From Mobula hypostoma (lineage: Eukaryota): a stretch of DNA of 64,000 nt. Positions within the stretch are counted from its first letter, which is position 1, and every line of letters starts with the position of its first letter. The translations under genes and the position numbers were made by a program. The notes beneath the pieces were generated by a model. It ran no database searches and was not told the origin of the DNA. It saw only the letters and a program-made list of their open reading frames with translations. The stretch spans positions 93,188,001 through 93,252,000 of the forward strand of contig NC_086097.1 of NCBI RefSeq assembly GCF_963921235.1. Reading direction: 5' to 3'. Of this stretch, positions 48,673 to 60,785 are shown piece by piece.

Positions 48673-50640
48673 AAAGCAGGAGAGAGGGAAAGAATGGTGT
48701 CTTGTGTAAGCTGACACGTGCCCAGTGGGCTGAATGGCCTCCTTCCATGTGATAATAAATATAAGTCTTGTTCAATGCCACTTCTTCAAATGGTGCAGAA
48801 TAGGCTCTACCCACCATGTCACCCAATGAATCTCCATTGTGTGGTTGTATCATTGTGGTCTGTGCTTGTAACACTGCTCTTTGCTCATTTGCTTCGGCTG
48901 CTCAATGTATTAGTCAGAGGAAGGTTTAGACGCTGCAGGGTGGGCGGAAGTTTCCATTTATTGACCAGGTTTATCCAGGGTCCTGGATTGATCATACAGC
49001 AAAGGATTATTTGTTACATTATGTCATGTGTGGCAAATCTAATAAAATAAGCCACTGCTGATATTAACATCTCTGTCATGATACTTATTTATTTTGGGAT
49101 AATGAAAGCAGTCTCTCGATACACCACACCGCAGCGTTCCAGATTAAATGAGCTTGCTTTGCCATTAATAAAATATAAAGTACAAACATAAATATGCAAG
49201 TTACAACAAACACAAAATGTTAAATCACAGCTACATTATTAACACCACAGTTTATTAAAATAGTCAAACGGAAGCAACCTGTAAAAGTTAAGAGCAGCAG
49301 TTTAACCAGATGACTGAAGTGGAATACTCTACAGGTGTCAGACTGATCTCATCTGCAAGATCTCAAAGAGTTTGGATCATTACATCAAATAGATTAACAA
49401 ATGCTTCAAATGAAATGGAGTGCACCGTTCACTTTGATCCCACTTCAAGTGTGTGTCTATGGGAACATGGAAAATGTAGCAAGCTTCTCACGACGGGATT
49501 GTTCATGGGGAACTAGTGTGGAGCTTATGGGCTGTGCCATCATACATTTATTTTATTAGGAATACAGCTCTTCCAGCCCAGTGAGCCCGTGCTGCCCAAT
49601 TACACCCATGTGATCAGTCTTCATTTTCAAAGACCCCTCATCAGAACTAGGAAAATTGCAAAAAGTTTAGGCTGCAGAGAGAGACAGGTGAGTGATGAAA
49701 AAGGCCAAGGGAAAATTTCTGATAGGGTGACACCAGGGTTCCAACAGATGAAGTCACTTAATTAATGAGAGCAGTAAAAAGGAGAAAAAAAGTGAATCGG
49801 CCAGTTCTTTTGCAGGTCATCCACATTTAATATTGGCTTCATTTTTCTCCCTTCATGAGCATAACCTGGCCTGGGATTCCCTGAAAAGTCCCATATCAAG
49901 GCACAGAAATATGTTCAACTTAAGGAATGCCTTAGAGATCTGTGAGAAATGTTCTTTCTATTTCCCTTTCTGCAGATGCTGCCTTACCTACTTGGTATTT
50001 CTGATTTTATTGCAATGTTTTAGCGTCTGCTTTATTGTGATTTCCATTTGGATTAATCCTTTTCAGGTCCAGAGTGTAATCCCACATTGAAATCCATTTG
50101 CCAGGGATTTACCCATTCTATTGATATCTCTTCGTATTCAGTCATTCTATTGCAACAAGTAGACTCCAGAACATTCTTCAACATTGGTTGACAACACGTT
50201 GTTTCCATCCTTACACAGCCATCTGACATGGGATTTACAAATGTAAAGAATGGCTTCTAAATTATAGTTAAGACGCTAGCTTTAGAACCCCATTTTATCA
50301 ACTGTTACAATGTTTCACTTTACTTTTGGTGAAACCCATCTCTGATACATAAGGCAATTGAGAAGTCTACATCACTACTTGCAAATATATATTTTACAGA
50401 ATTCTTGAGATGGAAGGTGAATCTCAAGCTGTGGAACTCTTTGTGCCATTTGTGATGGACGTGTTTCTGGATCGTGCATCTTCTTGTTTCTACCATAACC
50501 TCCACTCTCCTGATGTTGGTCAATAAGGGGGGCTATCAACAAGTAAGCAGATTCTTTATTCCCTGATAAACAGCTGAACTTGCAGCCACCTTTTATTCCT
50601 AAATCCAACAGCACAAGTGTTCAATGATTTTGTTTTAAAG

Positions 50641-50860
50641 AACGCACACCACTACCGGAGGAACTCAGCAGGTAAGGCAACATTTTTGGAGGGGATAAGC
50701 AGTCGCTATTTCAGTCCGAGACCCTTCACCAGTACTGTCTGATGAAGGGTTTTGGCCCAAAACGTTGACTGTTTACTTCCCTCCACTCCCAAACTGATGA
50801 GTACCTCCAGCAGTTTGTGTGGGTTGCTCAAGAATTCCAGCATCGTCAGAGTCTTGTGTC
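50641..50860. mobile_element. Palindromic element made of two inverted Penelope terminal-repeat halves
   Basis: ggaggaactcagcag...gagacccttcaccag followed by ctgatgaagggttttggccc...ctgatgagtacctccagca. Confidence 0.7.
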
Positions 50861-52052
50861 TTTAAAAGAAACCTGTTTGGCATAAACTTTAGGGAACTTC
50901 CTCTGTGTTTTGCCGCAGTATATCACGGGGATGCTGGAGGACTGGCAAGTTTGTCATGTGGATGGGGCCAGGATATTCTGACCAACTGGAGGCTTTTTTT
51001 CACCTCCTCTCACTGCCAGATGTGGTTTTTCCATGTGGGAAACCCTGAGTGTATATCGAGTCTCACTCAATAGTTTAAGTGCAGTTCTCTTCCAGCACGA
51101 TATATTGGTCAGCATTGACTGATGTGGCGTTTGCCATGACTGTTTCCCTTCCTCAGCCACTGCCTTGATCAATGGTGAAGCAGGTCTGAAGGACTGTGTA
51201 GCCTATTCCAGCTTCTACTTCTGAAATCCTCACTCAATCCAGACTAAAGCTGGTTTTGCTTTGTTTTCGGTTCCACTTGTGGGTGATGTCAGACTCACCT
51301 CCTTGTCTTGGTCATAGGCCATTGATGGCTATTATCAGAAGCCAATGGATAACTGGAAACCCTCTCTTCCAGGTGAGTTCATATCTAGATCAAATGTGAA
51401 TGCTGATAGATTTATGTTAGGCAAGCAGATTAAGGGTATTGGAATCAAGGCAGATAGACGGGTTTTTTTTTATGTTTAAAAACTTCTGATGTCTCCCTGA
51501 AGAACATTATCCTGTTCCTTCTTAATTTTCTTCAGACATTGTCACCTGATCCAACCAGGGTTGATCAGCAAAGGGTCCACATCTCTTCCTTTCAACCACC
51601 CCAAACACTGTGTCCTTTCAGAACTGAGCAGAGGCCTGCTAGAAATACAAATAAAGGCCATAAGGCCATTCCACAAGAAGTACAATGTTTCCCTGCCTCA
51701 GAAAGTCTGTGTGTGTGGCTGTTCCCACTGCCGTGCGTTCTTAAGGCTCATGGTGGAAGTATGCTGTCTCAGGTCAGAATGGGCTGCTGTATTCTTCTGC
51801 AGTGTGGAAGGGATAAGTGTCTGTGCTGACAGAGCAATCATTTATTTTGATAACCAGCAGAGCAAATCCCAGTGTTGCACCTGTTCCGATCCACCTAGCT
51901 CCAGTGGGGAGAAGGACTGAGCAGAAATCTCTGCTCAGCACTGCAGGACTGCATTAGGACCTATTGAGTTGCTGTGGGGAAGACCCACTTCTAGGCTCGT
52001 GAGGGGAGGCAGAAGCTTCAGTGGCCTGGCCAAGTGGTTCCCATCAGGCACT

Positions 52053-53162
52053 CTATTGCAGAGGGAACTTCCTCTTCGGGTTGCTGTTGATGGACGTGGG
52101 CACATCCAATGAGGTGCAGGTGTTCAGGCGGGACACTTGGCTAGACATGGTACCACTGCCCTGCTTCTTACTCCGGCTCAGCAGGTTGCTCAGGTGGAGC
52201 CGGAACTTGGTGTGGAGAGAGGCGTAGATGAAGGGGTTGTAACAGGTGGAACTCATGGCGAGTAAGTGGCACGATACCTGGATCACTTCCAAGTAGGTCT
52301 TGTCTATGAGGTCCCGGTTGATGTCCCATATCAGGTTCACCGTCTGCAGAGGCATCCAGCAGAGTGCGAAGGAGAGGACGGAAATCAGGAGCATGCAGAA
52401 GGTCCTCCTCTTCTTCTTTGACCACTTCTCCTGGCTGCACGAGGCAGCGCCTGGAATTTTCCTCTTCTTCAGGTGGCACGAGATGGCACAGTAGGAGATG
52501 GAGACAGCACAGAGCGGGAGCATGTAGAACAACAGGAAGATGGTGCAGGAGTACAACAGACTTTGCTTCTCTAGCTTGTACCAAATCTCCTCACAGATGA
52601 CCATGTTGAATCCCAGCTGGTTTATGTTCATATACTGGGTGTGCAGGGGAGTTGGCATCGAGATCCCAATAGACAGCATCCAAATTAATACGATGATGTA
52701 GGCACAAGAGCGTGGTCTAATTCGGCGGTGGATGGGATATACCACCACCACGTATCTATCCACAGCAATGGCAGTGAGGGATAAGACAGAAACAAAGACC
52801 GTGGTGGACTGCATCAGCTTTATAAAGTAGCACATGAAGATCCCAAAGAGCCAGCCCTTGCTCTCGAACGCATAGGAAGCCGTCATCGGAACGCAGAAGA
52901 CACACATCACCAGGTCGGAGGCGGCCAGGTTGCCAATGAGGAAATTTGTGGTGGTGTGGAGCTTCTTGGTGGTGGCGATGTGAGCCAGGAGGAGGAGGTT
53001 GCCACCACAAGCCACGATCACCAGCACCGCATACAGCAGGATGAAAAAAGGCTTCAACTTCAGGAGCAGGCAAATGCCCGAGAATGTGGGAGACATGGTC
53101 ACGTTGCACATTGAACCATTCACGGCCACAGCCCAGTCACCAGATTCATTTAAGGTCATCAT
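52053..53162 (-). CDS. prlh2r: Prolactin-releasing peptide receptor family GPCR (probably prolactin-releasing hormone 2 receptor), single coding exon, 369 aa
   Basis: Intact 7TM ORF with GN, LAASD, DRY, CWMP and NPFIY motifs; PRLHR-family blocks TNFLIGNLAASDLVMC..CVP.T..YAFE..GW.FG..MC and CHLLAMSSTCYNPFIYASLH; N-terminal sequons N5, N15, N20. Family call is strong; the paralogue name is tentative (YASLH rather than YAWLH). Confidence 0.93.
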   Translation of the reverse strand: MMTLNESGDWAVAVNGSMCNVTMSPTFSGICLLLKLKPFFILLYAVLVIVACGGNLLLLAHIATTKKLHTTTNFLIGNLAASDLVMCVFCVPMTASYAFESKGWLFGIFMCYFIKLMQSTTVFVSVLSLTAIAVDRYVVVVYPIHRRIRPRSCAYIIVLIWMLSIGISMPTPLHTQYMNINQLGFNMVICEEIWYKLEKQSLLYSCTIFLLFYMLPLCAVSISYCAISCHLKKRKIPGAASCSQEKWSKKKRRTFCMLLISVLSFALCWMPLQTVNLIWDINRDLIDKTYLEVIQVSCHLLAMSSTCYNPFIYASLHTKFRLHLSNLLSRSKKQGSGTMSSQVSRLNTCTSLDVPTSINSNPKRKFPLQ

Positions 53163-53170
53163 CGGCTCAC

Positions 53171-53192
53171 CTGTGTGGAAAGTACAGAATAA
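53171..53192 (-). promoter_or_regulatory. Candidate splice acceptor 8 nt upstream of the GPCR start codon
   Basis: Minus strand reads ttattctgtactttccacacAG|gtgagccgATGATG. Confidence 0.55.
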
Positions 53193-54957
53193 TCCATCAC
53201 CATCAACCGGTCAGGAATTCCCCGTGTTTCCCACATTTCTTCCACTGCTGCTCTTCGGGTTAGAAAGCAATGTCTATAGAACTGATAACCTCTTCCCAAG
53301 TGAGGTATTTTAATCATTCTGTTGGGTGGGGGCATGATAGGCCAGAGTGGCAATTGTTGCTCACCTCCTGGCATCTTAGGTAGATGGTGGTGGGATACTA
53401 TAGGGCCAGCCTAAACCCACAGAACACTACAAATCACCTCTTGCACTACCATGGAGCTGCCTCTGTTTTTTTTTAACTAATGTATCCTTTTCTCTTCACT
53501 GTCTTGTATAATTTGTGTATAATTCATATTCTGTGTATTGCCGGAATCTACATTGTACCTGTACTTCACCATACTTGAGCACATCACAGTAAACTCAGCA
53601 TGACTCGACTTGAAGGTGCTCCCATAGGTTTGTTGGGTCGGAAGTTCCAGAGGTAACAATAAATCCATGTCAAGGCAGCCTAGAGCACTTGCTGACCCTG
53701 GCCTAGGAGGATGAGGTTGGGTCAGTCTCCTATCTTTCTGGCTCACAGTTAACTAGATTGCCAACACATCCTAACTTTAGCCTTGGAGCACAGGAGTCAA
53801 CCCTCCCTCCCCCCCAGTGTAAGTCAACGATTGATCCTGTGACCATTCTGACAGGTGACTCACCCAAGGCTCTCATCCACCACCGTGCTCTCGGAAAGAG
53901 GAGTTCCAATAAGCCCAGGACAATTTAGAAAAATGTCAATTCTGCACTTGCTTCTGATCAACTGAGATGACAGTAGACCAAGGTTCCAACTCACCCACAC
54001 AGGCCCCTACTTCAAGGGAGATGATGGGATGGGCTCCCCCTGATGTTCTGGAAAATATTTATCCTTCCAATCAGATCATGAGCTACCCATTGCTCTTTGG
54101 ATGTTTCTCTGCACAAGCTTACTGTAGAGTTGACATACTCCAAGCAGGTGAAGTTGTGAAGTTGGGTATCCTGGGAGTGTAAAGTATGCCACATAAAATC
54201 TGCACACTCTCGTTGTATCCTTGTGGGATTGACCCCAAGTGTTCCGGGTTCCTCCCACATTCAAAAACAGGCTAATTGGCCACTGTTAATTACCCACCTT
54301 GTGTAAGTGAGCAAGAGGAAAATCAGGGAAGGAATGGGCTGTTAGGAAATAAAATGGGAAATGGAATTGATAACATTGCTCTGAGATCTGGTATAGAATA
54401 GAAGGGTTGAATGGCCTTCTCTGTTGTAAGAAACTATGAGAAATAAATACTCTTGTGATGTTAATAAATGGCAGATAAAGTTCCGGGGGCCATATAGACT
54501 GCTCCTGTTCCTATGAACAAATGTTTGTATAACTCTTTTCTCAATGTTCAGAACAAACACGTCCTGTGTTCCAGGAGGTAATCTCAGTGAGCAGCTTCAT
54601 TCAATTAATATTAATACCATTCTGTACACCTCAACGAAAGGTGTGCAAAGAGAATGTTAGCAAACAACACTGATTAAACAAGAATGGTTTATTATCACTT
54701 TAGTGCCAACTTGAAAGAGCAGAGATAAGAAAAATGCAAATTACATCGACTCATTGGCAGCAGCTTCAAGAAAATGGTTGGGTGATGAATTATTTTACCT
54801 ATAATACACTAGAAGTGTGACATATGGGTTAAATGTTGTGATTTGATCAGAACATTTAAAATATTAACAGGCACAAATATCGAGAAATAATTGCTGGTAA
54901 ATTGAGAAAGAGGGGGTTTAATCAACATTTGTATTAAAGCTGATCAGGCAACACTTC

Positions 54958-55170
54958 TACGCATGCACGCACGCGCACGCAGACACACACACACACACAC
55001 GCACACACGTACACACACACGCACACGCGCGCACACGCACACACACGCACACACACACACACGCATGCACACGCACGCATGTACACACATGCGCATGTGC
55101 ACACACTCACACATTCACACGTGTGCACACTCATGCCCGTGCACACACACACGGACACGCACACATACTG
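54958..55170. repeat. Compound (CA)n/(CG)/(CATG) purine-pyrimidine microsatellite
   Basis: About 210 nt of nearly uninterrupted alternating purine-pyrimidine sequence. Confidence 0.93.
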
Positions 55171-55590
55171 TCTCTCTCCTCCCCCCCCCACAAAGACTTC
55201 CTGTTGGATGCTGCAAAAGATCTGAAATTTTTAAGAATGAATTCAGTGGCTTTATATTGAGGAAGGGGAAGTGTGTTGCAAGTTTAGTAAACTAACAGAT
55301 TGTAGGTTTCTGCAAATAAAACCAAGTGTGGTATTTTATGTTTAAAGAAACCTGCAACACATTTTATTGAATGCCAGACCAGGCTCTTAAAATGAAACCC
55401 CAACTCAATGTCGCTGGTTGTGAATTATGTGGATTTCTCCTAATTACATTACCCTCCATCATAATCCCAAGCTAATCATAGAAAGGGCTTGGTGTAGTTC
55501 TGAAGATTGTTGCCATTGATACAGTTCTTATATTCCAAATGTACCTCTGTGTGAGGGAGAACTCAGTTCCCTGTACAGAAAAATTACATA

Positions 55591-56072
55591 CAATACCACT
55601 CAAACATCATAGGCACACATATACAATATAGCTAGGGTGCCTAAGACTTCTGCACAGTACTGCAATAATTTTAAATATTACACTGCACCTGCTGCCACAA
55701 GAAAAACTAATTTCATGATACATGTGCCAACCTGATTCTGATCTGGTTGTCTACTGTGGACTGAGAGTGGGCAGGAAGAGGGGAATCACGGTTGGGAAAA
55801 GGGGAAGGCAGAGGTGAGGGAGTGGGAAGCACCAGAGAGACATTCTGTAATGATCAATAAACCAATTGTTTGGAATGAATGGCCCTACCACCCTCCCCCT
55901 GCCCTGGGCACTCCTCTGCCACGGCGCTCCTCCCTCACCATTCCCAACATCCTTTGCTCCCGCTAGATTTACAAACTCGCTCTCCCCTCCAGGTTGACAA
56001 ACACAATACTGTGCAAGAGTCTAAGGCACCCTAGCTACATATATATATGTGCCTAAAACTTGTACAGTACTG
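55591..56072. mobile_element. Composite element: two ~70-bp Tc1-type hairpin mini-MITEs flanking a ~340-bp cargo
   Basis: Tc1-like terminus CAGTACTGTGCAAAAGTCTTAGGCAC (degenerate) on both arms of 55591-55662 and 56004-56072; the cargo recurs at ~6611-6805 and ~37200-37355. Confidence 0.65.
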
Positions 56073-56596
56073 TATTAGGGGCAGGAGTAGGCCACTTGAT
56101 CCAATTGCAACCTTGACGTTCTTATCTACCCCGAGTGTCTACCCTTGCATATCAAGAAACTATGTACCTCTGCCGTAAATACAGTGAAAACTCTGCTTGC
56201 AGCACCTTTCCAAGGACTCGTGGCCCACAAGGTGTAAGAAAAATTGCAGCATCTTTGTTTTAAATAGACAATCCTTATTTCCCTGTTGAGGCCATTTTAG
56301 AGACTTACCCCAGAGTGTTATCCAGTGCTTTAGCTGAACGTCTGTGATTGAAACTTCGAAACAGGGCAGTCACTGGATGTGGCCCGACCACTCTGTAGGG
56401 TAGATGGGGAAAATATCACCCACAAATAAGACAGTCCAAACATGACACTGTCACCTTAAGGTCAATCAGGGCTAAGAAGAGTGTCCAGGAGCTCCAACCT
56501 GTTGGGGGAAGAGATGGGGATGGTCATTAGAATATCATAATTGGTAGTTTTTCATTGATTAAAGTTGTTAATACTGATGGCCCGATGGAGTTGAAA

Positions 56597-56727
56597 ACAG
56601 AAGGGTCTCGGCCCGAAACGTCGACTGTTTACTTTTTTCCATAGATGCTGCCTGGCCTGCTGAGTTCCTCCAGCATTTTGCGTATGTTGCTCAGATTTCC
56701 AGCATCTGCAGACTTTCTCCTGTTTGT
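56597..56727 (+). mobile_element. Penelope terminal-repeat fragment (hammerhead lacking the CUGA box)
   Basis: gaagggtctcggcccgaaacgtcgactg...atagatgctgcctggcctgctgagttcctccagc. Confidence 0.75.
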
Positions 56728-59214
56728 GATTGGATGACCTAATCGAATGCGTTATCAGGCTTGTCAGAGTGCATAGAGTCCTCCTGTTCCTGGGTGTAGG
56801 TGTGAGCAGTAGGCAGGAAAATATAAGGGCCATGATGTGAACAACTAATTCTTGAAGCACTAAATAGCAGCAAGAGTCAGTGCGTTAAACAGTCACATTT
56901 GACATCAGTGTGAATCATGAAGGTTTTGGTGTGGAAGGAGATTTACATTGTGCTGTTGTTTCTCACAATGTGATTGGTCCAGATATTCCGTATCAGAACG
57001 GTACTCAAACCAAGCTGTAGTTAAAATTCCGTAAATCCTCATCATAGACTTGTCTGGAACAAAAGACAGGCTAAAAGAATATCAAAGCAAAGCTAATCCA
57101 AGCAAATGAGCAAAAAATAAGCAATAATTTATAAAATGAAGAGGTTCTTTTTCTGTTCTTTTTTTAAAATTTAGAATAGCTGTCAAAACAAATGCTACTT
57201 TGGATTATGAATTACATGTTTCCTCATCACTATTTCCTTTTCCTGAATTTGAGTTAATCTCCATAATGAAACTACTTCACCGAGACAGTACAAGTTGCAG
57301 AACCATCTAAAACTGGAAATTTGATGTCGTATTTCGGAAGAGGTGTCGGTTCAGATCCTGTGTGGTACTGCTGGCGTCTAGCCCACAAGTGCCAGCAGGT
57401 TCAAGATTGTGTCCGCCCACAGAGTTCCCAAATTTTCTGTCAGCTTTTCACAGGCAATTCCGAGAACCATGCTCAGCCATTGAATCTCCTTTTGGGTTGT
57501 CATGTCTTCGTACACCAGTGTAGCAATCCCTTTCCCTGTTGATTCTGATCAAACAAATTGCATCAGGTCAGAACCTCCTGTGACCTCAGAGGAGGAGAGT
57601 AGCTGCTTGGGATTATGGTCTTAGAATATTTATTATATATTTTATGCCTTAAGGTGACTTAGTCCATTATGGTTTTATTTTTGGACTTTCAATGATTTTA
57701 ATTTATCTGAATGATTTTGAGCAATTTTAGAAGCTTCAGGTTTTTTCCCATATTTTCTTAGAAATTTTTGAATAATTTTCCATACTTTTGATCAACTATT
57801 CCCATTTGGATATTTCCAGGTGCCAAAACTATTCACAGTGTTTGGACAAGATGAACAGGTGATCTTAGTCCCATCCCCTCCGTGAGAAAGCTGTGTAGAG
57901 GCAGGGTATCATTGACAACTCATCGGCGGATGTGGAGTCAAGGTGCGGAATGGTGTTGCGATACAGGGTAGTCAGCACTGGAGCAAAACTGAGAGGACTT
58001 ACCTGCCAGCAGAGGACCACACAACTTCGAACTTGAGATAAGGAAAGCAGAGGGGTAACGCAATGGAAATCTTTAAAATTACGTGAAACTTTGATAGGTA
58101 CGTAGGTTGTATGCAAAGAAGGGAGCCATAATAATAAGAGAGTCAGCAGTATGGAATTCTTAAAGAACATTTGTATCCAGTAGATTGGGGAGGGTGTCCA
58201 ACACACTAACATGTGGAGTGAAAGTATGCAGAAATGTTTTTAGAGGAGACTTTGATGAACAGGTGGAGGGAAAAGGAACAGGTAGATTGAGGTGTGGAGG
58301 GTGAGATGAGGCCTAACAGCTGATACACGTTAGCTGGCTCAGGTGGTCTGTGTCAATTCATAAGTTTCTGTTCCTATTTAGTCAGAGTAGTTGTAGCAAT
58401 AAATACAAATCTGGATTTTAATGTTTCATTAATTGCATCATGAATTGAAAGGACTTTTTGAATATTACAGTTAGAGCAAAAGCAATTTTGTCACCTTTGG
58501 ATTTTGGTCTGAAAACAGCCTGGTCCTGGCTGCTTGTTATGCTTCCTTCCCTTTCTTTTTTTCATCAGCATTATTTTGATTCTTTCAGCTCTGACAAGTC
58601 CCAGTCCCTGATCTATCTGTTGTCGGGGATATTCAGATACTCATTATTTTCTTTCAGTGTGATTACTGACATTTTTTCATTTTCAATTACAATTTCACCA
58701 TTAGTTCCTTATACAGTAATAGCTTTTAGCCACACTCCCAACTCCTGATATAGTTGCAACACCATGTTTGATGCTGCTTCTGGTATACATTGCAAGTTTA
58801 TTTCCATCATTTCCTGTAGCTCTGCCCCCAACCTGTCCTGTCACCTTGTCCTATTTTCGAATCCATCCCAGACATCAGGCTCTGTGTCAATTTTTCATCC
58901 TTTTTCTGGCAAACTGTGTGTTCAGCGTCATTCCTTGACTCTTTAGCTTTCCATGTCATTTTGGCAATGAAAATTCCTCTATTTCAGGAGCATAAGTGAC
59001 TTACTTATCATTGTATCCTCCTGTGAACGCCTACAGTACAATTTCTCTACGATGTTTTTATCCACAACCAGGTTTGCCCAATTTATCAAGAACATGGAAA
59101 TTAGTTTCAACCAAATATAGATTTTTAAACTTTCATAATTCGCTTTAGAATCGATATTGTAGTGAAGTTAGAAGATGGGAGGGATGAATATTAAAGCCTT
59201 TAACTGAATACTCA

Positions 59215-60010
59215 TAAGACCATAAGACATAGGAGCAGAATTAGACTGTTTGAGTCTGCTCTGTCATTCCATCAAGGCTGAATTATTAATCCGTCTCCAG
59301 TCTTAGGCTCAGCCACTATCGGAAACATCCTCTCCACATCCACTCTGTTTGAGTCTTTCAATATTCAATAGGCTTCAATGAGATCCCCCTGCATTCTCTC
59401 ATCTCCAGGCCCAGAGCCACCAAAGACTCCTTATACATTAACACTTTCATTCCTGAAATCATTCTCGTGAAATTCCTCTGAATCCTCTCCAGTGCCAGCA
59501 TATCTTTATGTATGTAAGGGGCCCTCAACTGCTCACAGTCTTCCAAGTGCAGTCTAACCAAAGCCTTCAGCACTATGTCCTTGCTTTTATATTATAGCCC
59601 TCTCAAAATGAAGCTACTATTAGATTCGCCTTCCTTACCACCAACTCAACCTGCAAGTTAACCTTTAGGGAATCCTGCACAAGGACTCCCAAGTCCCTTT
59701 GCTCCTCTGATTTCTGAAATTTTTCCCTGTTTAGAAGATGGTCTACATTTTTATTCCTTTTACCAAGGTGCAGGACCATGCACTTCCCTGCACTGTATTC
59801 CATCTGCTGCTCCTTTGCCCCTGCTCCTAATCTGTCTACTTCCTTCTGCATACTCCGATTCCTCTACACTATCTGACCCCTCCACCTGTCTTTGTATCAT
59901 CTGCAAATTTGGCCACAAAGCCGTCAATTCCATCATCCGGATCTTTGACATAATGTGAAAGGAAGCAGCCTAACGCCAATCCCTGGAGAACACCACTGGT
60001 CACTGACAGC
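59215..60010 (-). mobile_element. CR1 RT/3' fragment
   Basis: FVAKFADDTK and KALVRLHLED motifs; (cataaga)n tail at the left end. Confidence 0.8.
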
Positions 60011-60231
60011 CAAGCTTGTGTGCAGCAAATCATAAACATGAGAAAGTCTGCCAAGCCTGGAAATCCAGAGCACACACAAAATGCTAGAGGAACTCAGCAG
60101 GTCAGGCAGCATCGGTGGAAATGGATAAACAGTAAACAACAGGAATTCTGCAGATGCTGGAAATTCAAGCAACACACATCAAAGTTGCTGGTGAACGCAG
60201 CAGGCCAAGCAGCATCTCTAGGAAGAGGCGC

Positions 60232-60267
60232 AGTCGACGTTTCAGGCCGAGACCCTTCGTCAGGACT
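60232..60267 (-). ncRNA. Minimal hammerhead ribozyme motif (Penelope)
   Basis: Reverse complement is identical to 18353-18388. Confidence 0.8.
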
Positions 60268-60785
60268 AACTGAAGGAAGAGTGAGTAAGAGATTTGAAAG
60301 CTGGAGGGGGAGGGGGAGATGCAAAATGATAGGAGAAGACAGGAGGGGGAGGGATGGAGCCGAGAGCTGGACAGGTGATTGGCAGAAGGGGATACGCCCG
60401 AGGCCCATCTTCAGGACTGGAAAGGAAGGGGGAAGATGACAGAATAAAAAAGTGTAGGGAAAGGGGAAGGTGATAGAAGGTGATAGGTGAGGCCAGGCAG
60501 GTAGGAATGGTAAAGGGCTGGCGAGGAAGGAATCTGATAGGAGAGGATCGAGGATCATTGGAAAAAGGAGGAGAAGACCCAGGAGGAGGTAATAGGCCAG
60601 TGAGGAGACGCAAGAGGCCAAAGTGGGGAGTAGAAGAAGAGGAGAGGGTGAGGAATTTTTTTTACTGAAGGGAAAATCGATATTAATACCTCAGGTTGGA
60701 AGGCAAACGGACAAAATATAAGGTGTTGCTCCTTCACCCTGAAGGTGGCCTCATCGTGGCAAAAGAGGAGGCCATGGACTGACAT

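Noticed and set aside
52021..53313. Alternative-frame and antisense ORFs overlapping the GPCR
   Set aside because: Expected by-products of a GC3-rich coding sequence; no recognisable motifs.
54934..55295. His/Thr-rich and Cys/Val-rich ORFs
   Set aside because: Translations of the (CA)n tract. The same applies to ORFs 37137-37466 and 37170-37496.
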